A stretch of DNA of 58,362 nucleotides, filler included, from Dugesia japonica (lineage: Eukaryota), in assembly GCA_001938525.1 (NCBI GenBank). It is 4 parts of 4 records of this genome, joined end to end, with 100 filler letters (N's around TTAATTAATTAA, not from the genome) between each part and the next. Parts side by side here need not be neighbours in the genome. Positions count along the whole stretch, not along the records: positions 35,689 to 58,362 come from MQRL01632738.1; 3 more parts are not named here. The stretch is one strand, 5' to 3'. The position numbers were made by a program, and so were the translations under genes. Positions 38,901 to 51,971 of the stretch are shown here, in pieces. Within the stretch, counting starts at the first letter, position 1. Every line of letters begins with the position of its first letter. Under the pieces are notes generated by a model. The model ran no database searches. It saw only the letters and a list, made by a program, of their open reading frames with translations, and had not been told where the DNA came from.

Positions 38901-40484
38901 TGATTTTAAAAATTATTAAAATTGTGAGAATAATTGTTGGACTTATCCATTGATCGTATTTGAGATTTCATGAAATTAAAAACTTTGATCAAATATTGTA
39001 TTTGACTTCATTTTCTGACGAAGACAAAGTCAAAAAATCGAAATACTATCAAGAACTAAAAAGTATAAAAAAAGAAATGCAATATTTTAATCAAAGCCTT
39101 TAATTTAATGAAATATTTTTAAAATAATAACATTTTTACTTTTAACAAAATAATAAATCATTTGTTTTATATTTCTCTCCAAAAAAAATAAATAAATAAA
39201 AATAATAAAAAAATTATAATGAATTATTCATTAAAATATAAGCCGAATTCTTTTTCAATAATTAAAGAAAATCATTGAGTCTTGTATTTATATAAAGATG
39301 TCATCATATGAATCTACCTTCTGATTTTGACCAGTGGATTTTGATCTTGTGTCAGCGAACCAATGAGAGATTCATTGATTCTTAAGAAGTCCGCAAAGAT
39401 TTAGAACTTTTGATTAATTTAATTCTGATTAATAATTCAATTTTAACTCAATGAAAAGCCTTTTTATTGTTCTTTTTTTTGTATTCCTATAAAAAATTTA
39501 AGTAATATAATGATGAAGGCACATACACCTATTTACCTTTGTGTTGNTAATGTTTGGTAGGTAATTTACAGTGGTATGGAATATNCAGTCGANCCTCTTT
39601 ATAACGTTAAANCCCTCTATATCGTCACTTTTTTAAACCCAAAATGAACGTTACAATTTAGATTTACCTCTCTATAACGTCAAACCTCCAAATAACGTCA
39701 CTCAGTTCCAGTCCTGATGGGTAACGTTATAGGGATGTTCGATGTACAATAATTGAGGTTTTGTCATTATAAAAAATGATTTGAGAGATTCGTGATAAAT
39801 GAAATATTAAGAACCGCTGACCTAGACCCTGAATGTTCATTTTCATTGTGAAATTTATACTAATTAATCAATCATAGATGTCCTATTACATAAGTATTAA
39901 TAATAAAAAAAATAGCATATTTAAATTTTTTTAACTTTATAACCACTTTATAACTACTAAATAGGTTATTGGTAAATAAAAATAATGTTTTCAAGTTCTT
40001 TAACAGTAATATAAATTAACTAATAATTCAATCATATTAAGAATTTTTAAGATTTTTCATTTGTTTTATTTTGCCACTTTATTTTATCCCATCAGAACAA
40101 TTTTACAACATGTGAGCTTGTTGCCTTATCTTTTTTAAGTAAAGAGACAAATACGTTAAATAAGATTAGATTTGAGGATATAATCAGAGACTTTGGTATT
40201 TATAAAAATCAGAGAAAACTTTTCAAATATAGAAAAATAAACATTATTTTGCAATACCATAAATTTTAATTAATTTTTGATAAAATTATAATTTATAGTT
40301 TATTATTGGTTATATTTTGATTTAATTATTTTATATTTATTGGTATAATTTTTATGACTTGTAAAAATCTTTTTAATTCTAAATTTATTTTGAAGAAAAT
40401 TTAATTGCACCTTAAGGATCATAATCTGTCGATAGAAATAAAAATTATACATGAAAACCACATTTTAAATCTTCTTAGAACAAC

Positions 40485-40552
<68 letters not shown>

Positions 40553-40602
40553 NNNNNNNNNNNNNNNNNNNNNNNNNNNNNNNNNNNNNNNNNNNNNNNN
40601 NN

Positions 40603-40670
<68 letters not shown>

Positions 40671-43600
40671 AAAGAATATATTTAAAATTGCTAAAATTAA
40701 TTTAAATTAATCAAATGAATTTTTAACTAAATCGAAATTAGTGAAAATAACTTTAAAGTTGATATTTGAAATTTAAAAAAAGTTTTTAAAAATTAAAGTT
40801 GAACCTTAGAATTTTCAGTTTATATAACCTTTTGAAAAAACAAATTTAAATCTTTATATTTTATTTATTTAATAAATATTTCATGAATTCTAAAACTTGT
40901 AAATTCAAAGGTGAACGTCTTAAACTCACTTAACAATATTATCTAATTGTAATTAGACAGTATTGATAGTTTTTATAATTACAATTATTGCGAGAATAAT
41001 TGTTGGACTTAACCATTGATCGTATTCGAGATTTCATTAAATTAAAGTAATAGCTTCGATCAAAATAAATTGTTGTTTAATAGATATTCAAATTTTCGGA
41101 AAATCTATTAAAGTCATCATATTCAAGAAGAAGACAATAGTCGAAAATTTGAATATCTTTGAAACAACAATTTATTTTGATCGAAGTATTGAATGGAACA
41201 CAATTTTCAATGAATTTTAATTACAAAAACACATTAAATTTAATATGTTTGTTTTTTTTAAGGAATACATCAATGGATATATTCAAATGACCGTTACAGT
41301 TTCAGATGGAAAATATAAGAACTCCACCCAGTTTATCATATATTTTATTGGTTACACTCAACAAGTTATCGCGGTTATTCAAAATTATCCCGATAATGTT
41401 GCAAAAATGAAAAATGATTTTGTAAATTATCTATCAAATAATTTGAAAATCAAAATCTTCGCAGATTCTTTGGAATTGTTTAGAGATGTACTTGGAAATG
41501 TTCCAAGTGGTCTGTAAGTTTACTTTTATAAGCAGTTTACTTCAATAAACTTCATAAAAAGTTGATTTAATAAATTTAATTTTAATTTAGATAAATTCTT
41601 TTTTTTTAAATTTACTTTTTTATGGGATGGATTAAGTATATATATATATATATATACGTTTGTGTGTGTGTTAAGTTATGGGTGGCTCTTTTATTAGTTT
41701 TGAAATCTGTTTACTATTAGACAATCCAGGTGTACGTAGTTATAACCAGCCTTGATTTACCCGGCCGTTCTAAGACCGGTTCTGTCGGTACAGCTTATGA
41801 CTACCCGAGGAGTGCAGGCATGCACCAATTTGGTTAAGGTTCATTGAGTATTAGAGCGATAGAAGCTCTAGATCGATCGCAGATACAAAATGAAGTTCAT
41901 GATATTAGGAAATTATTTATCTGGCAACACATTTAATAACACGATCAATTGTTAATCAATCAGTTCTTCGAAGAGAATAAACAACTTTACCAGATTTTGA
42001 GCTGTCTCCCATTTTCATTTTGATTTTTGTCTAGTCGATCTCAATCACAAGCATATTCGTCTACTTTGAAGGTAACGTATTGTTAGTCCATTGCATGAGG
42101 TCACCTTCTCATAAAAAAACTATCTTTTTTCATCTCTTTTCATAACAGTAGCTCGTATTTTCTATTGGAAAATGTACACCCATCACATTAGTTCTCACTT
42201 TCACTAAGAAATATCTATTTGTCAACATTTATTACAATAATACTCATTTCCGTAGTCGACAATAAAATTTCGTCAATTCTTTTAAATAATAATTTTTCAA
42301 TATTATTTGAATCAACAGTAACATCTCGATTTGGAAATAACATTTGAATCAACAGTAACATTTCATTAACATCAATATTAATCTTTCAATCTTTCAATTA
42401 TATTTGATTGTTTGAAAATAATTTTATTACTTTATAAAAAATAAAGTCAACTTATTTTGTATAATACATATACTTTATTAAAGTACATATTTTTCATTTT
42501 GATCCGACACATTTCTCTATCTTTCTGGTAATGTTTTGATTCTACGTTCTTAGAAGTTCTGATCTTACAAAAAACTGATTTAGGTGAATTTTGGAATTCT
42601 CATTGGAACTAAATGTTTTATCATCTAAACAATTTTTCAATGACCAAAACAAGTAATAGTCTGAGGGTTCCAAATCTAGAAAATATGATAGATGCGGCAA
42701 AACATCCCATTTTCGCTGTAATATCTTCCTAAGAGTGACTAAACTTATGTGAAGTCTAGNATTATCATGGTGGAACACCACATCTTTTCTGTTAATCAAT
42801 TCTGGCCTTTTATGTTTGATGGTGTCATTCAATTTGTTCAGTTGACCGCAGTACATTTTCGGATCAGTTTATGAAATTGTCTGTTGGAAGCTTGAAATAA
42901 ATAAGTTCCTTAAAATCCCACAAGACAGAGTGTACCACTTTTTTATGAATATCGGCTTCNCAAGTGCTTTGACCAGGTTCATATTTTCTATAACATGATT
43001 GCGTTTCATATTGTTGTAAAAAATTTATTGTTTGGCCAACAGTTATGTGTCACTTCAAAATTGGTTCATTTACTTGATGTTTCAGAAACAAATCATAAAT
43101 ATCAATTTGACGGAGTGGGTCTCGTAATTTAAGAAGGTGAGTAGTAGTAGTTTATATCGATCTTTGAAACAAAACCTAGTTATGTTACGTGATCATCAAC
43201 TGTTGAATTCGACAAATTTAATCTCATAGCAATATTTCGTGTCGTGATTTGGCGGTTTCTTTCATTCAATGCCTTTAATTATAATATAATTTCCTGAACG
43301 TGATACGTTTTACAAATCGAAATTATTGGAACAAAATTTTTTAAAAACGTTTTAACATTGTTGTTTTGTCAGGGCATATTTTTATAGATATCACACAATT
43401 TCTTTCTCGATGGAATTGGATTTTTACCAGTAATAAAACAATAATAAATGTCTCAANNNNNNNNNNNTCAACATTCATTTCAAATATACCACCTAAAAAA
43501 ATATTTGATATATTAAAGCAATTTTTAAAATAAATCATACTAAAAATATCAATTGTTGAAATGGATATTGATCTATGTTATATAAATGTGGATATTAAAT

Positions 43601-46600
43601 AATAAGATGATTAACAAGTTAAAATTATATTTCTAATAAAATAGCAATATTAAAACAAATTAAATTCATTTTAATATTTTGAATATTTAATTTTATATAT
43701 TCAATAATTTGAATTTCAATATATTTAAATATCACTATAATTTAAATATATCACATTCCTCCCTTTGTTTTACCGATATTTATGATTCGGATTCCTTTTC
43801 ATTCTTCTGATAACGTCTTCTGATATCACTCTCAAATGTTCGATGAGGTTGTACTTGTAAGGCTGTTTTCTGTTTGCTTCTTACTGATAGTTTTGTGCTC
43901 CATGACTTATAGGAAAGTTCGTTCCTTTGTATTCTTTTAATTTCATTGTGATTTCTTTGAATTAAAATGTGTTTCTATTTTCATCAAGCAAAGAGTAATT
44001 CCACTCATTAATTTTCTTTATTACTTTAAATGCTTCAATATATCGCCTTTTAAAACCATTATGTGCATTTTTTTATCGGCACTTTATCATCAATTTTAAT
44101 TTCATATCTCCACCTATATTTGTCATATTTAGCTGATGTAACTTCATTATGCTCTTCTATATGCTTTTCTTACATGGCTTAGAATATTCATAATATTTCT
44201 TTTTAATTGTTCTGAATATTTATCAGAATTCTTTGTGATGTTTCTTTCTCTCCTTCCAGCATTCCACATATCGGTTCTAGGTTTTTGCCCAAATACTTTT
44301 TCATACGAAGAGTACTTAGTCGTTTTTTGTGTTCTTGTTCGTAATTCATATTTTATTATTTGTAGAACCGTACTCCAACCTTGAATTCACTTGTCTTCTA
44401 GTACTGCGCTAATCATAGGTTTTGCGGTTTTAAATAATCTTTTTACTAAACCGTTTGTTGAGAGTAATATGGAGATGAAAATGTTTTCACGATTCCCAAT
44501 TGCTTGCAATATTTCTGAAATGTACCTGAGCTAAATTTACTACCACAATCTTAGTGAATTCGACTAGGTATTCCAAACTTTGATATCCACAACTCCAAGA
44601 ATATATTTATAACCATAACAAAAAGAAAATATTTCTCATTCTTTTATAAATATGGCATTTCACCTCAAATCTGTAGTTCTTTCTTTTTCTCCCAATACAA
44701 TTATATTTTCTTATTTACCTCACGAAATGTTTTCTCGTATCTTTATAGAGCCTGTAGTATTATTCGTACATTTATATCTTTTCTTTGATTGCATTCTTCT
44801 TCCTGGTATATTTTATTTATAACTTATTCTGAGCCTTTGTTCCTTATTTTTGTCTGTCTTTTTGTATATTTTAAGGTTTCTTTTTCTTTTTGGGTCCTTT
44901 TGTTTTATTAAACACTGCTTTAGTAATCGTGAAAGTGCATCAGCATTAATATGTTCACGACCTTTTCTAAATTTCATAATCATATCATAGATTTTCAATT
45001 CAGTTTTCCATATGCAGTATTGCTACGTATTTGAGCTTTCCCAATTAAGCATCCATTTAAATGCTTGGTGATCTGTTCGTACCACAAATTGTGATCCCAT
45101 TAAATAGTGCTTAAATTTTAAGACATATATTGATGCTAATTTAAGTCCGGCTTCTTTTATTCTTCTTAATATTTGATCTTGTCTTTAATTGTGTTCTTCT
45201 ACATTTTACTGATTATTAAAACATTGTCTAAATATATTACGCAATTTTTCCAATTTTCATTTCGCAATACAATATTCATAAGCCGCTGAAATTTCTCTGG
45301 TGCTGAGCATAATCCAAACGGCATTCTGGTCAATTCATATTGTCCAAACTTTGTGCTGAATGCTGTTTTTCCTGATCTTTTTTAGTTAACGGCACTTGAT
45401 GATATCCACTCGAAAGGTCTAGAGTTGAAAATTAATTAGCTCTGGCAATACTGTCAAATATTTTCTATGATGATGGCATTGGAAATATTAGTCGGTTTGT
45501 TTTAGCATTCAGTGCATGTAGTCAGCACTCATACGGTTATCACTGTTTTTTTTGTTTTACCAATACAATAAAAAAGTTTCGTGGAGAAGTACTCGGCTTT
45601 ACAACACCATAATCTAGTAATCCTCTTTTCTGCGGTTGTGCTACAAGCATGGAATAAATTGATAAATTCTTTGACATTTTTTAGGTGTTTTCGAATACTG
45701 ATAATGTAAAAACAGAAAATATTAATAAAATAAGGTTACCGAATGATAGTCAAGAATGTATTTAGTTTGTCGGNCGAGGTGCATTTAAAGATTGTAAAGT
45801 ATGTTGAAAACAACTTTCATATAAAAGACATGAAAGGTTCTATAAACGTATATTGCAAAGCTCAAAGTTTTGCCAAAAATTAAAGTATTAAAAATAATAC
45901 ATAAGAAATTATAAAAAGTTCAAAGAATCTGCAATTTTTTCGAATTATTGTTATTATTATCACTATTCTTATTTAAAATATATGCAGGGTTGGCCAAAAG
46001 TCACTTCCAACCTTTTTTTAAATGTCAAAATGTCCCAAAAAATTAAAAAAATATTACATTTCAGTTACACAATAATCTTTTCGATTACATTTTGAAAATT
46101 ATCTTTTAACCCTAAAATGCATAGCGCTATTAATCTGCATCGTATTTTTAAAACCTCATATCTCTTTATGTAGCAACGTTTTCATAATGTTTTATTTTAA
46201 CTTTACCAAAACTAATTTTCCGTTTTAGAACACAACTAGAATCTTAGACAGTTTATTTCTTTATCTGCGACAATTTTCATTGTTGATGCGCTATCTGTGT
46301 ACAATTTCATTTCGAAGGGTTAGGAAAATACATACATTTAAGAGTCAAATGCTGCCTGTTAGAATGTTCACAAATTTGGACTTTATGTAAGAAGTAAGTA
46401 ACATTTGGTTCTCCCTGTACAAATTGAAAGTGTTTACTTATTAATTTAAAGAATTCGTTTTATTCTATGAAAATTATGTAAAGATTTATTTGATTTATTC
46501 AATTATAATTATTTCATGAAAATAATATTTATTTCAGAACCAATTTTTACATACACGCAGTAAATATGTCTTCAAATACCGTTTTGAATGGATCAGATCT

Positions 46601-49600
46601 TTTAAAGATAATTAATCAAGTTTTCCCTAATATGTCATATTTGATGCAGAAGTATCAAGTTCTGGAATTCAAAATTCCAACTTCCATTAATACATGCGTT
46701 ACTGACAATTATAGAAATATATTAATTGGATTTGCATGTGGAATCATTTTACTTTTGTTAATTGTTTTGATTATCGTACTGATATGTAGAGCAAAATATC
46801 AGAGAAAACTAAAAGCTTATGGTACATCTTCAATTGGTAATTTATTTTATATTTAATTATTTAATTAAATGTTTCTATTTCTTGATTCAGATAACCCAGC
46901 AGCCATCAATAATGAGAAAGTACCCGGAACGAATATTTATGAAAAGTAAATCAATATTTTTATTTATATGTATTTATTAAATCTCTATTTGAAAAAATTT
47001 ATTTATTATAAAATATGAAAATTGAATACATTTACAAAATTTTAAAAGATTTTCTTAAGAAGAAACCTTTCTTTAAATAGATTTTTGATTTACTTGTAGA
47101 ACAAAAACATAGAGGACATAGAGCATTTTTATCGTGGGAGGAATCCAATTTTTGATCTTGAGAAAAAATAAATGTCCAAATTTTAAAAATAAAAAATTAA
47201 AATATTTTTAAGAAAAATTTTATAATTGGCAAGAAATCTTTGTTCTCAAAACAAAGGAAGAATCCTTGAAAAAAATTTTGAAAATGAGTCATAATCGATG
47301 ACTCATCACTTTTATGAGTCATTAGTACAACTCATAATTATGGCTCCTTCAAATATTTCATAAACATATGTTAATTTATTTTGGCTACTTACAATTTGTA
47401 AGTAGCTAATCTGTGACTAATAACTCACTGTGATTTAGTACGTTACTATCTATCTACTGAAATAACTTACTTATTGATTGAAACCGTAACTACTTCTTTT
47501 TATGTTTATTTTATGTTTATTTACAATGACAATGATACAGTTGTTTGCCCATTTGTTCAAGTGTAAATCCAGTGAGAGAATGAGTTCAGTAGTAGAAATG
47601 TATAATTAATGGGAATTTGATTACTTAAAGAGACATATTCATCAAAAAATTCATTTTGATTCAGTTATAAAGTTGCACAACCGAAACAGCTAGGATTTAT
47701 TGCAGCTGCTAAATGAAAGCATTGAAGATTATAATGCGAGACAAGATTTGAAGAAGTGAAAAAAGTCGACATTATATATTGTTAAGATTTTGATTGATAT
47801 AATTATTCTTCCTATTGTTCACTGCAGCAGAATGTTATGCCATGGCATTTCGACTATTGCATGAAGTAATATGGCTGCTTAGACATTTTACTGTATTCAT
47901 GTCTATGCGATACCATAAAGTGTTGATCGACTACTGCACGGAACAAGTAAATATGGTGCAAGTAAATACTTCACTGAATATGTACTGTTTAATAAACTCA
48001 CAAAATTCAGTTTTATTTGGTTTTAACTCTGCCGAATGACGTCTTGAGTGAACGGGCTTCAATTTGTCAATACTTTCAAACATGTAATTTGTCAAAGGTT
48101 TGAAGCATTCCAGTTTGCAAAAATAAAAATTTGTACACTAAAGTTGCAGTATTTTGGCTAAACAGTTTATTTGATTGATGTCGTGAAGAATGTTCACCCC
48201 GCTATTACAAGTGATATTGATACCACTGATATTCTTAATTTAATTGAACAATGTCACATTGTTCACATTGAACTATGTCACAATCTAAACAAAAGATTTT
48301 TGGAAGATTGTGAGCTTTTCATTACTGTGTCTTTGCAAAAGAACTGCATTTAGATTTTGGCTAACATATTGTGAAACACCTCATAACAAAACGTTTACTA
48401 AATTATGATGAGATTATTATTTAAAAATATGTGAACAATATATTAACTTTACATTGTTGATTACGAAAAAGGTTAAAACCATTTCTATTCACTTATTTTT
48501 AAGTAAATTTTAGTTTACATTAAAATATAGATGAGTGCGTATTTCCTATACAGAAGATTGTAATAGATAAATAGGTTTGTGAAATAAAATATTGTAAAGT
48601 ATATGTATTACAAAGACAAAATTATTGGCAGTTATTGCTTTCATTTTCATCAACATTTTAATTTATATTCACAAAATTAAATCGTCTAAAACTAGACTAA
48701 CGTTTACTTATTTATTGACAAGTTTATGAGGTTTATTCGTTCAATAGTACTCCGAGTAAAACTAAATCTTTAAGTTACAATAAATGTTTGGAAATTTCAA
48801 TAGAAAGCTGCATTAAACTGGATTTAGCTTAATATCAGTATATGGATTTATTTGAAATTATTATTAATTTTAAAAATTAAAAGCTACGATCAAAATGTTG
48901 TTTGTTTAATGCTTTTTAAGTTGTTAGTAGTTCAAATTTTCGACTTTTGTCTTCTTTAGGAATTAACTTTTCCTGAAGAAGACAAAAGTCGAAAATTCTA
49001 AGCTTTTAATTTATTGAAATCTAAAACACAATCAATGGTTAAGTCCAACAATTATTTTCGCTATAAGAGTAATTCATTTTTTATGCATATCTGGGAGAAT
49101 TTTTTTATTTAAATAATTTGGTATATATTATAAAGTATTATATTAAAATTAATTCTTAAAATATTTATAAAAATTATTTAGAATAGTTTATATTAAAAAG
49201 TATATTAGAGATTTTTAAAAATAGAAAACATTTTTGTCGAAAATTTTTGAAAATTTAATTTGGTTTAAATAATTGTTATATTAGGTAGTTGCATTAATTC
49301 TCGCTGTTTGTTTTAGTTAACTAACTTATTAAATATTTCAGCGATAATTTAAAGCAATCGGTAAGATTTGTTAAGTATTAATATTTAAATGTTAAAATAA
49401 TGGTATTATTATTTAGTTAAGTTGTACAGCAAACGAAAACCGATCCATTTAATATGACTAGCTTTATTCCAAAAAACGCACATTTGCGGGTGGCGTTGCT
49501 TTTTTGTTTTCATCTCAAAAGAAGTGCTGCAGAAAGTTGTAAGATTCTTTCAGAAGCTTGTGGCAACTACTCTCTGTCTAAAACATGCTGTCGAGAATGG

Positions 49601-51449
49601 TTTTGGCAATTCAAAATGGGTGACTTTGATTTGCAGGATAAACAATGTCCAGGTCAACTAAAGCGCTTTTCAGATGAAGATTTGGAAAAGGTTTTGATCA
49701 AAGATCGATACGAAACAATATCAGAAATCAGTAATGTAAATAAATCTACCATAAGCAGACAATTAAAAGCCATTGGATACAAACAGATAGTCGGTAAATG
49801 GTTGCTACATCAATTGAAAGAAGCAGATATTGCAAAACGATTAGACATTTGTCAGACGCGGTTCAGCAGGCAAAGGAAAAAGTCCTTTTTATATCGCATT
49901 GTTACTTGCGATGAAAAATGGATTTCTTATGAAAATCCAAAACTAAGAAAATCATGGGTGAAGCCTGGTCAACCCGGAAAATCAACACCAAAACGAGACT
50001 TGCGTGGAAGCAAGATGATGTTATCCATTTTTTTGGATCAAAGGGGGAATATTTAATTTTAGCTTCTGAACAAACGTGAAACGGTTGATGGTTGGCATTA
50101 TCATCAACAATTAATAAAATTGAGGCAAGCATTGCACGTAAAACGGCCAGACTATTCCAATAGACATTTGACGATGTTGTTATAACATGATAATGCTCGA
50201 TCCCACACTTCAATTTTAGTGAGGAATACGATAGCAGAATTCGGATAGGAAGTTTTGCCTCAATAATTAATTAAAATTATTACTACTAATATTAGTGGTT
50301 TTAAAAGCTTGAAAATAGAATAAAATAATGTGATTTTTAAAAGTTATTATCTAAATAATATTATAAAATAATTCTATTTTTAGTAATTTTTTCAAACTTA
50401 AATTAATTTTTTGAACTGGTCCCATTTTATCGATGGTCGCCATTTTTCATGCTTCATTATTATTGCATGTGTATTTTGTTGGTTTAGAAAGAAAATCAAT
50501 ATTTTTAAATAAAAATTTAATATTCTCAGATATGGATTATTTGTTTAAATATTATGGATTATTCTTACATATTTTTAACTTTAATAAAACAATTGTGATA
50601 CTGAATAAAACTTATGGATAATTGTGAAGTTCTCAATTTAACTAATACTCGCAATAATTATAATTGTAAAATATATAAAATGTATTTAACTTTAAATATT
50701 TACTTTATTACTCTACAACTAGACAACTTGTGACCCGGTTGAGTTCTGAAAAAAGTTTTTTTTTAATGTTTGTATATATGCCTGATCACTTGTTGCATTG
50801 CTACGACAAGACCATTTATATTTTTATAAGAAACAAAAATCTTAACCTCGCATTGTCGTTCTGACATTGTCCTGATCATCAACGCTCGATCTTGATCGCC
50901 CCACGAGAATAATCTTTGAGTTATTTTTTAAAAAAATGGCAAAAAGATTTTTTATTAATATATATTTGTAAATACCCAATAGTGACCCGAAAAATATTCT
51001 TTATAGTCGCATTTTTTTACTTTGACCCCCAGCTTAAAAAGGTTGCCGACTCCTATCTACAACTTCTTATAATTCTCCATTCTCTCATTTTTTTTCGAAT
51101 AAAAAACAACCTCAAACAATAATTTTCCACTTCTAATAGTTGTAAAAAATACTTCTATTAATCCGTTATTTATTAAAATTTCTTTTAAAAGAATACAATT
51201 TCCATTATTGATTGTTTTTTTTTTGATATTAACTTTATATTTGATTGTTATTTCAGAAATACTAATCCATTATCTAAATCAAATCAAGAAAACCATACGA
51301 ACTTTCCCGGTCTAAAATATGAAAACAAAACTAATAAGAAAATCGGAATTCCAGTTTATGGAAATGAAATATCATTTAAAGATATATTATCAAATATTGA
51401 TCCGAAAATTAACAAAAATATTATTGGAAACACAGAGACAATCTTTTGA
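35957..51449 (+). CDS. CDH23/Cad87A-like non-classical cadherin, last six coding exons (5' partial)
   Basis: Exons are 35957-36123 (…ILDINDNPPMF…), 38311-38487 (KYAIDKD…F.LNTTSG), 41263-41513 (…MTVTVSDG… plus membrane-adjacent domain), 46538-46836 (TM ILIGFACGIILLLLIVLIIVLIC, RKLKA), 46891-46945 (VPGTNIYE) and 51257-51449 (NTNP…ETIF-stop). All joins are GT..AG and phase-consistent (0, 0, 2, 1, 2). AATAAA at 51513-51518. Confidence 0.9.
39586..39744. mobile_element. Tc1/pogo (Tigger-like) MITE in cadherin intron (coordinates approximate)
   Basis: Imperfect TIRs CAGTCGANCCTCTTTATAACG ... CGTTATAGGGATGTTCGATG followed by TA; internal ACCTCT(A/C)TATAACG repeats. Confidence 0.65.
40085..40225 (+). 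pseudogene. hAT transposase C-terminal remnant
   Basis: ...LSKETNTLNKIRFEDIIRDFG resembles the hAT tail LSIE......IDF..II..FA. Confidence 0.45.
40487..40668. repeat. (AAT)n microsatellite spanning a gap
   Basis: Directly visible. Confidence 0.95.
40985..41190. repeat. Palindromic copy of the Penelope-like/hammerhead-like repeat
   Basis: CTTCGATCAAAATAAATTGTTGTTT...GATATTCAAATTTTCG is inverted relative to CGAAAATTTGAATATC...AAACAACAATTTATTTTGATCGAAG; the copy contains GAAGAAGACAATAGTCGAAA. Confidence 0.65.
42540..43475 (-). mobile_element. Mariner transposon remnant in cadherin intron
   Basis: KRPELINRKDVVFHHDNXRLH...WDVLPHLSYFLDLEPSDYYLFWSL (D,D34D region; YSPDLAPSD-like motif). Confidence 0.9.
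43757..45690 (-). mobile_element. Ty3/Gypsy retrotransposon remnant in cadherin intron
   Basis: FSTLDLSSGYHQVPL, AFSTKFGQYELTRMPFGLCSAPEKFQRLM, RTDHQA, GREHINADALSRL, integrase NGLVKR. Polypurine tract AGGGAGGAA followed by TG at about 43755-43764. Confidence 0.88.
45985..46417. mobile_element. Tc1/mariner-type MITE
   Basis: Imperfect TIRs CAGGGTTGGCCAAAAGTCACTT ... AAGTAACATTTGGTTCTCCCTG followed by TA. Confidence 0.55.
47280..47458 (-). repeat. Solo degenerate copy of the AGTAG-terminated TIR
   Basis: TGAGTCA/TGACTCA repeats ending in CGTTACTATCTATCTACT. Confidence 0.6.
48875..49068. repeat. Inverted pair of hammerhead-like motifs (best-preserved copy)
   Basis: TTTTCGACTTTTGTCTTCTTTAGG ... 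CCTGAAGAAGACAAAAGTCGAAAA followed by ATCAATGGTTAAGTCCAACAATTATTTTCGC. Confidence 0.6.
49281..50260 (+). mobile_element. Mariner (Mos1/SETMAR-like) transposon, frameshifted and 3' truncated
   Basis: ORF 49454-50056 has HTH (LLFCFHLKRSAAESC..L.EA.G), WLLHQL and IVTCDEKWISYENP; a later frame has HDNARSH. A TA-TTAGGT TIR-like start lies at about 49281. Confidence 0.92.
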
Positions 51450-51971
51450 AAAATGATTCATATTTCAAATGAACAATTAAAATAATTTCAATACAGAAAC
51501 TTATTTATACAGAATAAATTTTTCTTCGGTATTTTTCTACTTACAATTAATAGTAGATCGATTCTATTACTATTTTCAATAGATATTATTGATTTTAATT
51601 CAGAATTAAATTAAGTTAATATAAAATACTTAAAGTATTTCGAAAGTTTTCCAATAAAAAAATTTAATTAGAATTTCGAATATTGTACAGTTAGTCATTT
51701 TGATTCGTTTATAGTTTACTCAAATGAAATCGCTTTATTAACTCCGATAATTGCAGAATGTAGTTATTTAGTCAAATCATTCTGTATATCGGGGCTAATA
51801 ACTAGGTTTACTGTTTATGTTCAGTTTTCGGTTGATATTTTTTAACTCTAATTACATTACATTTAGCACACTGACCGATTAAGGTAATCAGGTGCCCATT
51901 CCCTTCAGTTTCTGATTTTTTCAAGTAAATATTTGAAGTTAAGTAGCGTATTCCTGGTCAATAATTACGTA

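Noticed and set aside
47500-48400. Coding-like stretch with short ORFs (47815, 48171) inside a cadherin intron
   Set aside because: Many stops and no recognisable motif; probably decayed transposon sequence that I cannot assign.
37867-51054. CAGGGGTCGGCA (37867) and AAAAGGTTGCCGACTCCT (about 51037-51053) as the ends of one 13-kb hAT element carrying cadherin exons
   Set aside because: No matching 8-bp TSD; better explained as independent MITE ends in different introns.
21741-51449. Co-location of a GSDME/pejvakin-like gene and a CDH23-like gene (both hearing-related in mammals) as a conserved cluster
   Set aside because: They are separated by two artificial linkers, so real synteny is unsupported.
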